A stretch of 64,000 bases of DNA from Neoconidiobolus thromboides FSU 785 (GCA_025603075.1 MU626318.1:45903-109902); one strand, 5' to 3'. Positions 36,399 to 50,445 are shown, numbered from the stretch's first letter. Made by a program: numbers and translations. The notes: generated by a model from the letters alone, not told the origin.

Positions 36399-38692
36399 TC
36401 CGCAAGTCCAACAGGTTCCCATAGATAAAAAGGCTGAGTTACATATTACGCATTTGAAATATTTGCTACTAGTTATAGGCTTCAGGCTAAATTTGCATTT
36501 CAAAAATAAATGTTGACATTTTATAGAATCACATATTGGACATTTTTCTAATTTGCTTTCTCGGCTCATATTTTTTACTTTTTCTAACCTGGATTTTAAA
36601 TCAAGTTTGGTATATAGACTAGAATTTATGTCTATTTCCATATTTTGTATGAACTGATTATTAATATGTCCTTTTTGGGATATCAAGTGCTCTAGGTACA
36701 TTAGTTTTAGCACGACATACCATGATTTTGCTTCTTCTTTATTTTGATTATATATTTTATATAGGGAATATATTAATTGTCCAAATCGAAGTATTTTAGT
36801 TTGACTTTTGCTTTTCAACGCTTTATCAGAATAATCCTTTATATACTCTATGATTTCAGTCTTATTATTCCAAAAAAAATCACATATAGAATAGAAAGGC
36901 CCAATTTTCAAATCTATATAAAAATTAATTTTTGATATAAGTTTAAATTTAATTTTGTTACCAGAATCCAATTGATCTAATTTTGAATATAATTGTTCTT
37001 TAACGCCAATTTTGTTTAAGTTAATAACTAATATATCATAATTGTCTTCTTTATCTATAATGTGTATAATACCCAATTTTTTAATCTCATAGCAAATAGC
37101 CAATGCCTGTTGATTTTTGGATAGCTTCATATCAAAAATCCTTAAAAAATGACCTTCTTTCACTTCAATAAAATTCCTGATCAAGTTAATATCACAAGGT
37201 ATCGGGCTTAAAGAAATAGGGCTATTGTCCTCATATTCCAATTTAATTTGATGATAAGATCCATTTAACGTCACATAATTCAACGTATTTTCAGTTAAGA
37301 ACTCGAAACCTAATTTTTTATAAAAGAAAAACTTAAATAAAAGCTAGATATTACCTAAAATTGGTAACAAATTCTCTTCATCAATGTTGATTTCTAAATT
37401 ATTCTTAAACTGAAATAAATATAATTTCCCAAGTTTCGCTAGTAACAATGTTGGTTCATGTTGAAATTCTGAGCTCCAATTCAATGAGGTTATGTAATCA
37501 ATATTATATTCTTGAGGATTTGCTTCAATTTTATATTCCAATTCAGATTTTGGATAGTAATCAACAGATGTAATATCCTCCAATTTTTTAGTAGGAATTG
37601 TGGGAGCTTCAATATCAATCCTAACGAATCCTTTTGCATGGCATATTAAAAGATAACAATGATCTAACTAACGTTTAACCATCAATACATATACAAATGA
37701 TCAAATTACCTTTTTCACCATCTTTATACCATGGGGAGAACGATAAATTAGTTATTTCATCTTCATTTATTTTAACAAATTTTAAAAATGTTAGTTTACC
37801 ATCTAATACACTTAAAAACGTAAAAATTTATATGGTTATAAAAATAATGGTTTACCTCCAAATGGTTGTATACCTATTCTTTGATCCTAAAGCTATAAGT
37901 GCCATTCTACCATTGAGCAATTTAGACCAGGCAGAAGCTTGTTTGATTAGATTAAATGATTCATGAAGTTAAATTTTTACCATTGCATCTTAGCATGTTT
38001 AAATCGTTTTCAAGCGAACCAGCAAACTCATCATTCAAAAATTCATAAATAATCGAAGTGAAATCCAAAATCTTGCCCAGACAATTAGTAAAAAAAATTG
38101 AATGAAAGAGTAAAATTACCTTGTATAATTCTTTTTGATACATAAAGTTTGTTTCTAACTTGTATAAGATTACTCTGAAGTCAGTCAGTATAGTCAAATA
38201 TAGAACACTAACAAGGTTTAATAAAAATTAATGGAATCTAATCGTATGAAAATACCTATCATCAGATAACAGCCCATAAGGTGATATTGCATTACTGTAA
38301 ATTAATCCATTGTTTTCTTGAAGTCCATACAAGAATAAATCTATATAATTAAAATAAGAGGTATAAATTACGAAACTTTTACTTACTAGATTTTCCGGTT
38401 TTAATACTAGTTCGTCCAATGTCTTTTATTTCATCCTTGTTAAATAATAAATAGTTCAGATCCCATACTTTGTTTTTATTTTTCAAGCCTCGATCCTCTT
38501 TTTGAGTTTGTGTTATGTATCTTTCCTAAATATTAACTCAATTCAACTACATAGTTAATGCGATATTTTAATTACTATTATATAAAATTTTGAGCTCCCG
38601 TTTATGTAAATCTTATCAAAATGCACTTCTAAATCTGTTTTAAATGTCGACCTATCCTGAATTTTATATTGAATCTCTTTCTCTGGATTCAT
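36384..38692 (-). CDS. Probable TFIIIC subunit (GTF3C4/Tfc8-like), multi-exon
   Basis: N-terminal SPYGL...LTILTDFRVILY resembles the TFIIIC-delta N-terminal motif, and the C-terminal multi-Cys finger CPIC...CQH.FLKC...KCVIC...CWTCG resembles zf-TFIIIC. Exon structure only partly traced. Confidence 0.55.
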
Positions 38693-40357
38693 TTCAAAAA
38701 TACTTAAAAATTGTTATCATCCCTGAATTTAGATTGTTTAAAAAGCAATAAATTGAAGTTGCTTAATTCGAAAAACTCGAAAATTTAAAATCTTATAGGA
38801 ATGTGAATAAAATTCGAATGAATTTAAAAATAAGTTATTATATAATTGACATTCAATTAATAATAATAATTAGTGAAGTAGATTTTTTGATGATATTAGT
38901 GTTTCCAAAATAGCATTTTTATAAAACGCTTACTGAATAAAAAGGGTATTGGAAGAGACAGTATCTTAATGTAAAACTATAAAGTATTTGTAACTTTAGT
39001 ATTTGTATTCAGGTTAGTAGCTATACAACCAATCGAAAATAATGTTTATAAGGATAATTGATGCTTTATTATTATTTTTTTAAAAGTTTTATTGAGTATT
39101 TTATATAATAATATACAATTACTTTTTTAAATCATAGGGTTCTGCCTCAACAATCAGGCTTCTAAGGAAATCAAAACTTCTGAAAAATCCAAGACTAATC
39201 ATAAACTATTATAGTAAATAAAGTGTTTGCTTTAAACCTCAACTTTCTACAAAAGTTACAATAGTATCAATCATAGTAATACCGTCTGTAATTACAAAAT
39301 CTTAATATAATCCCCATCCCAAGATGAGTATCCGTTTGTAAAAACTGTTTATTTATTTATTTTTTATAAAAACATGAACCTTTTACAAAAAGGGGCATTT
39401 ATCTTATGACAGAGGCAGTGTTAAATGAAATATTATGCATCCTTGACGATACTTTATTAGACATTATTGTTTATCATTTATGATATTACGTAAATTTATT
39501 TTTACCGTAATATTAACTGAGTATTATAGAAATAAGTAAATCGTTTTAAAATTAATATTTTTAATTTATAATCGTAATATTAACAAATATTACATTCAGA
39601 AAAGGGGTTTTTACAATCTCAATAAGAGCAAAGGATACTGAAACAATGAAGCTCATTACTAACTTATCAATTGAACCGTATAAATCCTTCAATAATTTAT
39701 CTATACTATAAAGATATATTGTATAAAAATATAGGCACAATAATTGTTTAAAGATTCAAGGCCCCTTTTATAATGGAGTAAGGATATTTTTTATAATATT
39801 GTAATCTCATATTTTTCAAATGTAGCCCTCCTTTTGCGTCACATCGTTCATTAAACTTTCCTTAAAAATTTTGTTACTGCTTTAGATGCTAAAGTTTTAA
39901 AGCCCTATATTCTTGAAATTAAACTTATGGTGTTGATTGTATTTATTAATTAATTTCTCTCCATTGATAGCACGACTACTCTAGTTCGATTGTGTATTAA
40001 CTAATTGCTGATTTAAGAAAAATTATTGACAAAAACTTCAATAAAGCCTATTCTTAGGCTTTAAAAAAATTCAATTAACAGATTGTAGATAAAAAGTTTT
40101 TTCCCAAATTGGACATTTAAACTAAAATAGCTGTAAAAATTAAAAATGCCATTTAGAATCAAACAAAAAGGAGACTCAAGGGTAAATCAAAGTTTTAGCC
40201 TTTTTTTAATATGATGTCAATATAGTAATAAATTCTTACACAGCTCTATAGAATTAAATTAACATAATTTATTAATTTGAATTATACAACTAAATGTTTT
40301 GATTAAGACGCTACCAGGCTGATTCAAGCATTTATTACATAAGTTAAAAGATACTGA

Positions 40358-41612
40358 TTAGAGATATTCAATTTCTTTGGTATACTCCGGATCGTTAGGA
40401 TTAGCAACGGTGACCTCATCATCCATTGTCAATTGAAAGGTACTGTCTAGCTTCTTAGGCGGGACATTAAGAGAATAGGTCCCAGAATCCCCAACTATAT
40501 ATGGTTAGAAATAAGATAATTGGTTCATATGAAGTTACTTACCAGATTCAGTATCAGCTATATTAGCAGCACTTTTGAGAATAAAGCGCTTGTAAATAGC
40601 ATAGAAAGCTGAATGCAAAGTAGGGTCGCAAACGAAAGCAATAAAGTTCAAGGTACCACTAAGGGCCAACCCATTCATAGCCCAGATATCAATACCAAAG
40701 TTAGTGCCCCCATTTACAAGAATATAGATTTGACTAACTGATACGCCAAACACGGATATTATAGCAACAATAGGATACAGGAGTCTAATTAATACTATTT
40801 TAATAATGGCTTTTAACAATCATAAATAAATTTTTACATTCTATTTACAAACATGTTGGCTTTCTTAATTGCAGTTTTAGTATCTTTAACAAATACGAAC
40901 TTTCTAGCAACTTTTAACTGTTCGATATCCTTTCTAAGTTTAAAGACAACCATAGCTACGACTGCAGTACAGTAGACTAAGGTCAAAAGATACCACATAT
41001 TAGAAATCAACATATCAGCAATTTGATAAGTTTTTTCATCTTGAGGGGTAAAGTAACAGTTATTAAAATCCCCGAACCCAGTGAGACCAATTGCTATTAA
41101 CTATAAGCAAAATAATACTTTGAAATTATAATCTAAACAAACCTAAAGGTGGGATGGTAATAATAGCAGCACCAATAATGGGGGCTACCCAATAAGCAAT
41201 TTCTACTGTTTTGGTAATTCTGGCTTCTTTAATAAATACAAGTAAAAGATTAGTGGCAACGGATATATTAAGGAATAGATAAATTAAGGGGCCAAATTGC
41301 CTTTGCCAAGCTATGAAAGTACACATAGCACTTGCTGACTCATTATATAATGGAAACCAAAGTGCAGTTGTGTGGGTCCAAATGTCAAGGGCAGATACAG
41401 CAGTTTGCAATCTTAAGCTCACTCTGTTAACTAACTTAAAGTCGTATAATGCTAAATAATGAGTAAAAGGGTTTGATTTAATTAAGGAATTAATTACATA
41501 AAATAATCATAGTAAGGACTACAAGAGAGGCTAATACTGCTGACATACTGGAGAGCGTTGGGTAGACTACAGTTACTGAATACATAAAACTTGGAGGTGG
41601 TGATTCATCCAT
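40358..41612 (-). CDS. 7TM GPCR-like protein (cAMP-receptor-like/Git3 class), multi-exon, paralog A
   Basis: TM1 SVLASLVVL, NRVSLRLQ, MCTFIAWQRQF, IRLLYPIV, SGTLNFIAFVCDP (TM7). Confidence 0.75.
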
Positions 41613-43682
41613 TTTATTGATAACTAGATATATTGATAAAATATATAATTAAGAGAGAAAGGCAAAGATGATAATTTTTAATTTTTTCATATTTAAACCG
41701 AGCCATTATTATAATTACTATATAAATTTTAATTTTAATTCCTTATAAGATAATCAATTCAATAAAATGGCCTAAATTTTTTCGTTTTTATTTTCATGTC
41801 ACTTTTGTTATTAAAAGTAAAAATAGTATCTAAAACAAACCTGTATGATAATAATTTTATTATGATTAAAATGATTAAAATTAGAACTATTGTTTTAATA
41901 ATTTAAGTAGATTTGATTCAAAATAAGTTCAAAATAAGTTCAAAATAAGTAATTGGATTGCCTAAATAAACCTAGTTATCACGGCTTTGTTGATATTAAT
42001 ATCAAATTGTTATTGCCATACTTGAAGTAATTTAATCCGTTAACATAGTGACTTTTAGTCTGAAATATACATACATTTATTAAAATCAAATACTCTTTAA
42101 AATCTAGCAAATAATAAAGGTTTTGTAATAACAGATGCTTAAATCCTTAAACTTATAAATAAATACTTGAAAATGACCAAAAGGTGGAAATTTCAAAAGA
42201 TTTATTTTGTTGCCTTAAAATCTAAGAACTTGGATCTTTACAGTGGCTAGAACTTTTATACTATTTCTAAATAAATTATTTTTGGTTTAAGTAATGTTTA
42301 AAATCTGTGGAGCAATATTAATATAATCAGTCATTTAAATTAATTTTCATTTGAAGTAAATATAGTATTTTTCTGGTTTAAAATTAAATTACAAAATGCT
42401 GCATCAAAAACGTTAACTCTTACGCTAATTCATAATCAAGTTTTTAACCATCAGCTATTTTTAAAGTAAACTAGTATATTGATACCTCACTTATTAAAGA
42501 TAGTTTTTAATAGTAATAAAAACAATTAAGATGATGGTAATGTGTGTGTAAAGCCTTCTTATAATCCCAATTTTACAAAATAATACTTTTCCGTTTTCAT
42601 TAGAGCTAGTAATTTAACTCGTTAATCTCGATATACGTTTTAAAAAAGGTAAAAGGAGGTCGAATAGCTTGAATATATCACCATGTGCCTATCATAACCG
42701 AGATTTATTTCTATTCCTAAGTAATCAAAGCGGAACACCTATATCTCCAAAGCCCTCGAATTTGCGCATGCTTGGATATATTTGATTATTTGTTTTATGG
42801 AACATATTTATCCATTATCAATAAAACAGGTTATGAAACATTAAATTTGACCTTAATCAAATATCAATCAGTAAAGTTTACTACTATTAAAACATGACTT
42901 ATTTAATTAGAACCCACATTATTATATGTTTAAATATTTAGTAAAATATGTAATATTTGAATATTATAACGGGGTTTCGTCTGTTTGGTACTTGGGTTTA
43001 AACTAAATTTTAGATGTGAATGCAGCATACATTTGCTTAAGAATAATTGTAGACTATTATGATATGTAATTCTTTATATTTGAAAAGTAGAATAAAACTT
43101 CAACCTATTACTAATCCTGGATTGGGTTTTACTTTTAGTGGATTAAAGATTAAATATTTAACTGTTTTTTACATCCCCTTTTTAAAAACTTTTTATTATG
43201 AAAACATACGATTTTATTTGATTTATATCATAGTGTTATTGAGCTATATTGCTGAAATAAAATTATTCTTTGGATAAAAATCATGAAAAAAAAACATTTG
43301 TATCAAATGAAATATTGTAGCCTATAAGCTAGATCAATATGTTTAAAATACAAAGTAGATGCTGGTGAATACGCAACTTTTTCAAATTATGAGATAAATT
43401 ATTAATGAATTATCTTATAACACATTGTATTGATATTCAGTCACCTCATTCAAAGGTGGTTATGACAAAAGATATTTGTTGTTATATTATACCAGTAAAA
43501 TGGTTTATTACTCAGTAAATCCAAAGGAATTAAAAATCAGATAGATTAAAGAATATTTAGTTCTATATGTGAAATTATCAAAGAGCTTTAATAAAAAATA
43601 GTCATGTAGCAATATATAGTTACAAAAGTTCGTTTATTTAATATCAAATTAAATCTTGCTAAAAATCGAAAAAATAAAAGCT

Positions 43683-44755
43683 TTAAAGTAAGTGATAGTC
43701 ATTAGAATATTGGTTAAGGCTGGTTGTAGATTCCAACTTGCCTAACTCGATATCGAAAGCTGAGGTTGGGCCCTCTTTGTTAATAGAAGTAGATACTAAG
43801 CTAGCACCTTCTTTACCGTACCTAATACGGCAATAAATAACATAGATTGCATTCTGGAAAGTAGGATCGAAACAAAAAGCGATAAAATTAAAAGTACCAG
43901 TAAGAGCCAAAAAATTCATAGCCCAGATTTCTAAATTCCAATCTTCTTGCTCAACTCTAAGATGATTAAGCTGACTAGCCATGATGCCAAGGGTAGATAA
44001 TATAGCGACAATTGGATAAAGTAATAATCTATGAATCAAACTTTTAATTGTCTTTTGGGCTACATCAGAATCTGTGATGGTAGTAAACCTTTGAGAAAAT
44101 TTGATTTGTGTAGCACTTTTTCTGAGTTTAAAAACAACTAACCCTACAACAATCACAAGGTATAACCAAGTTAATAAATACCAAATATTAGAAACTAACA
44201 TATCAGCTACTCTAAGAGTTGTAAAATCTGCATCAACAAAAAAGCACCCGTTAAAATCACCATATCCGGTAAGACCTGTAGCTAAAGGAGGGATAGTAAT
44301 GATTAAACCAGCAATAATTGGAATAAACCAGTAAGCTAGTTCAATCTTTGATGTAATAACCTTTTCATGTAAAAATACCAGTTGAAAGTTTGCGGCAATA
44401 GCGACATTGAAGAACAAATACATTAAAGGACCAAACTGTCTTTGCCAAGCAATAAAGGTACACATCCCACTAGGTTCTTCTTGATAATATTTAAACCAAA
44501 AAGCGGTAGTATGAGTCCATATATCAACTGCTGAAATAACAGTTTGTAATCTTAAACTAACGCGGTTTACTAACTTGTAATCATAAAGAGCTATTAAATT
44601 CTAGAGTTAGTATTATATTTTATTAATAGATAAAATAACTTACATAAAGCAATCATTGTTAAAACAACAACAGCTGCTAACACAGCTGAGATAGTAGAAA
44701 GTCTTGGATAGACTTCAGTGACGGAGTAGTTAAAACCATCTGATGGCATATCCAT
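43683..44755 (-). CDS. 7TM GPCR-like protein, paralog B
   Basis: Same motifs as paralog A (NRVSLRLQ, MCTFIAWQRQFGPL, RLLLYPIV, GTFNFIAFCFDP). One intron near 44595-44645. Confidence 0.8.
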
Positions 44756-46051
44756 TTTGAAGTTAACTTTATGTTATAAATGTAAAAATCAAAGCAATTT
44801 GGGAAAGAATTAAGCTTATATACTATTCTTACTGAACATAAAAAATAATATTAAAATCCATTATTGATTAGTAAACATCTTAAGGATTTTCCTTTATTAA
44901 GGAATTTTAAAAAAATGATATTAAAAGTTAACAAGATTTTTATTAACCGGTTTATGAGCCTTAGTTACCATTTTTGTTTTATTTATATTTATATTTATAT
45001 TTGAAAATGATATTTTTAAAAATATCTTTCATCTCGGTTAAACTAAATTTTTAAGTGGAATTTTAATCAAAAACAACTACCACTTTAAGTAACTTCAGTA
45101 GCTTTTGGTCAAGTGTATGCAAAATGTCAATTCTTTTTTCTATATTTGAGCATTAACTTATAGAGTTTATTTAAATAGCAAGTAACTGATTAATAAGATG
45201 ATGAAGTTATCACTGCCTTTACACAAAAATAGAGTTTCAGTCAAAGTAGCTTTAAGGAGGTAATTGATAAGGGATACAGAAGCTTCGAAATCCAAATCAT
45301 TGGATCTAGCCTTAGTGTGATGAAAAATTAAAATGGTAATTCTATTTATTTATTTAGATAAATGATTTGATCGAAAAAAACACATTAGCATATTGGATTA
45401 TTACTTAAAGATTATTAAATTTATAATAATTTTGTTTTGTTTTGTTAGTAGAACTATTAATTTAAATACGGTAACCCGAATTAAAATAGAACTAATCTAC
45501 TATTTGTATTGAGTTTTCAGGTCATTAAGATAATAACCCAGTAATAAAATTATATAGCATTTTATATAGAAAATGTATTAGTTTATTTTTGGAACGAACA
45601 ATGCTATCTAATAACTATATTATTATCATTGTACATTTTATTGATTTTATTTTATATGGTATTTAATTCAAAGCAAGAAAATTTGAATTTAAGAAACAAG
45701 TAATTTTTTAATCAAACATTAATACATTGACTGCATGTTTAAAATTAAATCTATAAAGTTCTAAGAGTATTATAGCGACTGGTGCTACTATAACTCTAAG
45801 TAGCCAATCTAGACTACTAAATAAAATGCTAATCTAAACTATTAATCATATGTGGAATAAAGTTGAGATGTTATATGGAGTATTAGAAGCTCAAGAATTA
45901 ATATTTTTTTAAAAAATAAGCAAGTAATAATTTTTTGAGAATATCTATACTTAACTTATAGACAGTAGGATGCTATCATATTATAAAAATGTCTTTTTTA
46001 ATTATAACCAATGATAAAAAATTAGTAACAGTTTTTTTAATAAATTTATGT

Positions 46052-46145
46052 GGTGATATATTTTTTTATTTAGTAATTTAATAGTTTTTGCACTCAAATA
46101 GCACTGAAGAAATGGAGAAAGTAATGGAACAAAAAAAAAGCGTCC
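46052..46145 (+). mobile_element. MITE family copy
   Basis: Core present, worn TIRs. Confidence 0.75.
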
Positions 46146-46486
46146 ATATATTGTCTATGTGGAATAAAGTGGTTATATAAAAAAGTAAGTACAAAATTAC
46201 CAAAATGATGTTTTCATAAAAAGTGTTGAAGCTAACATTGATTCTAAAAATATGTAGTTAGAGGTAATTTTGTTCCTCCATATGCATGTTAATAATTGTT
46301 TATTACTACTACTATTCATAATCCAAGTATATTGCTATATTGCTAATTGATTAATGGTTCAATATTTTAATTACAAAGGTAAATTTTAGTTTGGTTTATT
46401 CCTATTTGTTTTTATTTTAAAAATTATTACAAAAATTAGAATATTAATGAATACTTTTACAATTTAATAAAAAATACAATGTATGT

Positions 46487-46583
46487 GGGAGTGTTTTTGT
46501 GTTTAAGAATTTTACTAACAATTTTTCCACTCAAGTAGCGCTTAAAAGATAGAAAAGGTGATGAAGCCAGAAAAGACATCCCC
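46487..46583 (+). mobile_element. MITE family copy
   Basis: Flanks ATGT/ATAT. Confidence 0.85.
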
Positions 46584-46928
46584 ATATAATACTTATCTAT
46601 ACATATAACCAAAACTTAAACAATATTTATATAATGAATCTTCGTTTGTCAAAATAAAATAAAATACTACAATATCAAGGAAATAAGGCAAAAATTGAAA
46701 ATATTTATAACATATTATTCTGAAATAGTTACAAAATAGATGATGAAATATAGTAAACATGTAAAATTAAACATAAATCAACAATCATTTCCTCTTTATT
46801 ATACGCTTTTGTTTTTATTTACAATTACTAAATACTATTAAAATGAAAGAATTACTAGCTTGAACTTTTTACAAAAACTGTAATTAATAGTTTATAATAA
46901 ACTTATCTCTTATTTTAACATACAATTA

Positions 46929-47011
46929 GATCAGGTGGCCGAGTTGGTCTAAGGCGCCGTGTTAAGGCCGCGGTCTCTTCGGAGGCGTGGGTTCGAATCC
47001 CATCCTGATCA
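46929..47011 (+). tRNA. tRNA-Leu (anticodon AAG)
   Basis: Acceptor stem GATCAGG/CCTGATC, anticodon stem CCGTG/CGCGG with loop TTAAGGC, long variable arm CTC-TTCG-GAG, T-loop TTCGAAT, downstream T-run. Confidence 0.95.
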
Positions 47012-47107
47012 TTTATTTTGATTTGGCTTTTTGATGGTCCAACTAATTTACTCAAATAAAGCGCAAATGTATCGACTATTCAGATATTTTAAAAATCATA
47101 ATACTAT

Positions 47108-47203
47108 GGGAATGTTTTTAGCCTCAGTATTTTTTCCATCTTTTAAGCGCTATTTGAGTGGAAAAATTATTAGTAAAATTCTTAAACACAAAAATACACC
47201 CCT
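47108..47203 (-). mobile_element. MITE family copy
   Basis: Perfect 4-bp direct flanks CTAT/CTAT. Confidence 0.85.
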
Positions 47204-47223
47204 CTATACAAAATTTAACAAAT

Positions 47224-47322
47224 GGGGATGTATTTTTGTGTTTAAGAATTTTACTAACAAATTTTCCACTTAAATAGTGCTTAAAAAATGGAAAAAGTAA
47301 TGAAGTTAAAAAAAGTACTCCC
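47224..47322 (+). mobile_element. MITE family copy
   Basis: Flanks AAAT/ATAT. Confidence 0.85.
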
Positions 47323-47457
47323 ATATATTCAATCAAAAAGGGTTATTGTTAATATTATATTCACTTCTACCATCTTCATTTTATTTTGAAATATTATTAT
47401 TTTTTTAATGCTCTTTAATTCATCTAGTATTATTAAATGCAAATTAGAACTGCTAGT

Positions 47458-47537
47458 AAATTTACAATATAAAAAATAGAATAGTAGATTCAGCAAATTT
47501 ACAATATAAAAGATAGAATAGTAGATTCAGCAAATTT
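47458..47537. repeat. 37-bp tandem duplication
   Basis: AAATTTACAATATAAAA(A/G)ATAGAATAGTAGATTCAGC twice, plus a partial third unit. Confidence 0.85.
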
Positions 47538-48002
47538 AAATTTCAGAAATAGGTCAATTCATTTTATAAAACATGAATGATTTTGAAGTAAACCTATCGA
47601 ACTTTTCCTAACCCATTATAGTTGCTATTGATAATGGAAACTACACCAATTTTCGATTGGAAATAGCAATATTTAATAGATTATCTATTAAACTTAGATT
47701 GAAGCTAATTATCAATCCATTTAATAATACTATTAAATAGAGTGATAATGTCAATTAGTGAATCAGTTTTAATTCTGAAAGACAGAAATAAAAAAGAACA
47801 TTCAAGTATCAATCATGAATCTTTTTTCAATTTTTATCATAGCATTTCATAGTTTAATACTTTCACTATACTCTAATCGGAAATATTTACTAAATTCAAC
47901 TATTTCTAACATTTATTTCATTAAAATAAATAGGAAAAAGTGTATTATTCTTTAAAAAATTTAACTAGGATATATACAAATAATCCTTTTTTATAATAAC
48001 AC

Positions 48003-48098
48003 AGAAGTGTATTTTTTTGTTTAATAATTTCACTAGCAATATTTCCACTTAAATAGCGCTTAAGAGATCGAAAAGTAATGAAACCAAAAAGCATCCCC
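48003..48098 (+). mobile_element. MITE family copy
   Basis: Core and right TIR present. Confidence 0.75.
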
Positions 48099-49135
48099 AT
48101 GTAATGATCTAAATTACAATATTTCTAACACATCACAATTATAACAAAAAAAATTCCAACAAATGTAAGTGTCAAATTTAGTAAAAACCATTTTCAATAA
48201 GGATGGCCAAAATTTGCAATATCTGATGAAATTTGTTAATTTCGTTCGTTTTGGTTGAAAATTATTGCTATTTTTTATTTCAGTTTGCTGATATTTTTTC
48301 TTACTATAGACATGATAGCTTAAAAATACTGAAATTTTTTAAATGCATTAATCCCCTTAAATTTTATGCAATTTGTATGCAATCAAACTTCTAATGCTAC
48401 ATTGAAATGCTAGCTACTTATCATGTCTTCAATTAACTAATTGAATTAATCAATTGTATTGTGATGAATTAAAGTGAAGATACATTTCAATACTAATAAA
48501 TAATTCAATTGAATTCAGTCAAAACAAAAGTAATTTATCAATGTTATAAGCGGATTTTTAAACATTCTAATTTTGGCCCCCTAAAATTCAATATAGTGGA
48601 CTAAAATTAAGTCTGATTTAATAATTAAAGTTAAGGGTTATTTTAACATAAATTACAAACAAATAGCAATTGACTATAAATATTTTTGGCCTTAATTTAT
48701 TACTATCTTTAGCTCCTGTTTTATTAAAAAAGGGTTGACAGCTTCGGGTATAAAAACAGATTAGCTACAATCAACTATAAAATAAAGGTTTTATTTTTAA
48801 ATGTACATAAAATAACGGCTTGATGTTATTAAATTCCAATGAAATTGGAATCGTGTGCTAGATTCAATTCAATGACCCTTAAATTACAATTGCATATTAC
48901 GGCTATATTAGTTTGGAATAAAATGAACCCAATTTTGAAAATAAAAGTGCTTTAAATGAGTGAATTCAAAATAATCTAGGAATCTGGGATTTCAAATCAA
49001 ACAACATGATACCAACTATTGTTTTAAAATAGCCTACAAATAGTATAAAAACAAAAACAAAAACAAAAGCAAAACTATCAAATCTTAAATTACCATCCTG
49101 TTTAATAATCTATTAACTCCTTAATTTATTACGCT

Positions 49136-49489
49136 ATGAATAGGCTCTTTATAGGCATTTTGACCTTAATCGCAACTACGCTTGCTTCCGACTATAATCA
49201 AGCTCCACCAAGCTACGATACTCGACCTGAAGAACCAATAAAAAAAAAGCCAATCTATGATACCTTTCCAGTAGTTACGCCTCCAAGTTATAATATTGGT
49301 AAAATTAATCCACCAACTAATTATATTCCCCCTATTAGTCCTCCAAAAAATAACATTCCTCCTATTAACTTACCAAACTATGGAAATATTTTGAAAGTTT
49401 CATTACCTAACTATGGAATAAGTCCTACTGTTATTCCTCCTAGTAATAAACCTTATCAGGTTATTAATAATCCAGTAGCTTATTATTAA
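49136..49489 (+). CDS. Secreted Pro/Tyr-rich (extensin-like, PPxY) protein 1
   Basis: Signal peptide, SDY N-terminus, PPSY motifs, ends NPVAYY*. Confidence 0.85.
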   Translation: MNRLFIGILTLIATTLASDYNQAPPSYDTRPEEPIKKKPIYDTFPVVTPPSYNIGKINPPTNYIPPISPPKNNIPPINLPNYGNILKVSLPNYGISPTVIPPSNKPYQVINNPVAYY

Positions 49490-49981
49490 TAAAATTCAAA
49501 TTGAATTATCTTTTTTAATTATTAAAATTACATTATAAATGATTTTAGGTTTCAAAACCATTAAATTTTTCAATTAGAATAAAGTAGTTCATTCTATTTT
49601 GTTATTTATTGTTAATTTTTTGTTTTTATTTGTCCTTTACTTTATTGGTGATCCTTTATTTATTTATCATTATTAAAACAGATAAATTACTTAAATATTA
49701 TTGACACTTTATTAAACATTTTGAAAGAATTAATAAAGAATTAATAAAGTTTTCATTCTTGATAGGAAATAAAAGGTATAAAAATAGTAGATAATATAGC
49801 TAATATGGGAAGTTGATAGAACTGTGTTACTTCAAGAGGGGATCTGAGCTTTAAATGAGCTTTAAATGAGCTTTAAATGAGATTCGTACGAGATTTATAT
49901 GAGATTTATCTGGGCTTCCAATAACTTTCATAATTTAATTGATATCTTAAAGAAGGAGCTAATTTTTGCTAAACAATATGG

Positions 49982-50443
49982 CGTGAAATCCGGTACTCAG
50001 TGATTGGAGTCAAAAACAGTTATTCCCTGGTTGACTACACTGGCAGTCAAAAGGTCTTAGTTTATGTGACTAAGATAGACTTGAATTGTGAAGAATAGTA
50101 CGTAATAGGCCATGAATTATGTAAAACAAATAGAATAGACAATACTAATGTAAAATCTACGTAAAATACTATTAAGAAAACTTAGTGGCTTTATTAAATG
50201 TTCGAGATATCAGAGAATAATTCAGTTAAAAACCCTCGAGCTACTATGTTTTAGAATCTCTTTTATACTCAGACAAGTATAGATATCAAAACGAGAGGAT
50301 GATATTCTTTGAGGTGAAGATAGAAATTCTCAGCAAATTAAAATAAGAACGTGGGATTGACTGTCTCTAAACTCGAGAACACAACAGCTTAGGTGATCAT
50401 TATGCTATAATTAACCATGGGGCTGACAAAGCGATATTTCACA
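49982..50443 (+). mobile_element. Solo LTR-like element, copy 2 (462 bp) with a 4-bp ATGG target duplication
   Basis: (C)GTGAAAT...ATTTCACA; ATGG at 49978-49981 and 50444-50447. Homologous to 4182-4635. Confidence 0.8.
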
Positions 50444-50445
50444 AT

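Noticed and set aside
1729-44334. ORFs 1729-2037, 20583-20777, 22433-22615, 24533-24775, 27552-27908, 27951-28190, 29498-29713, 36202-36411, 37697-37966 and 44101-44334
   Set aside because: They lie antisense or out of frame to better-supported genes and have no independent motifs.
13865-47336. ORFs 13865-14089, 31522-31791, 47031-47273 and 47124-47336 sharing a peptide like MGVFFLTSLFFPLFKRYLSGKIVSKILKHKNTSPY, suggesting a repeat-encoded toxin-like peptide
   Set aside because: These are translations of the MITE. Homopolymer indels shift the frame in many copies (e.g. 3238, 4718, 15231), so there is no sign of coding constraint.
49846-49910. 11-bp tandem repeats (GAGCTTTAAAT)3 near the LTR, and (CAAAATAAGTT)3 near 41920-41950
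   Set aside because: Short slippage repeats with no evidence of function.
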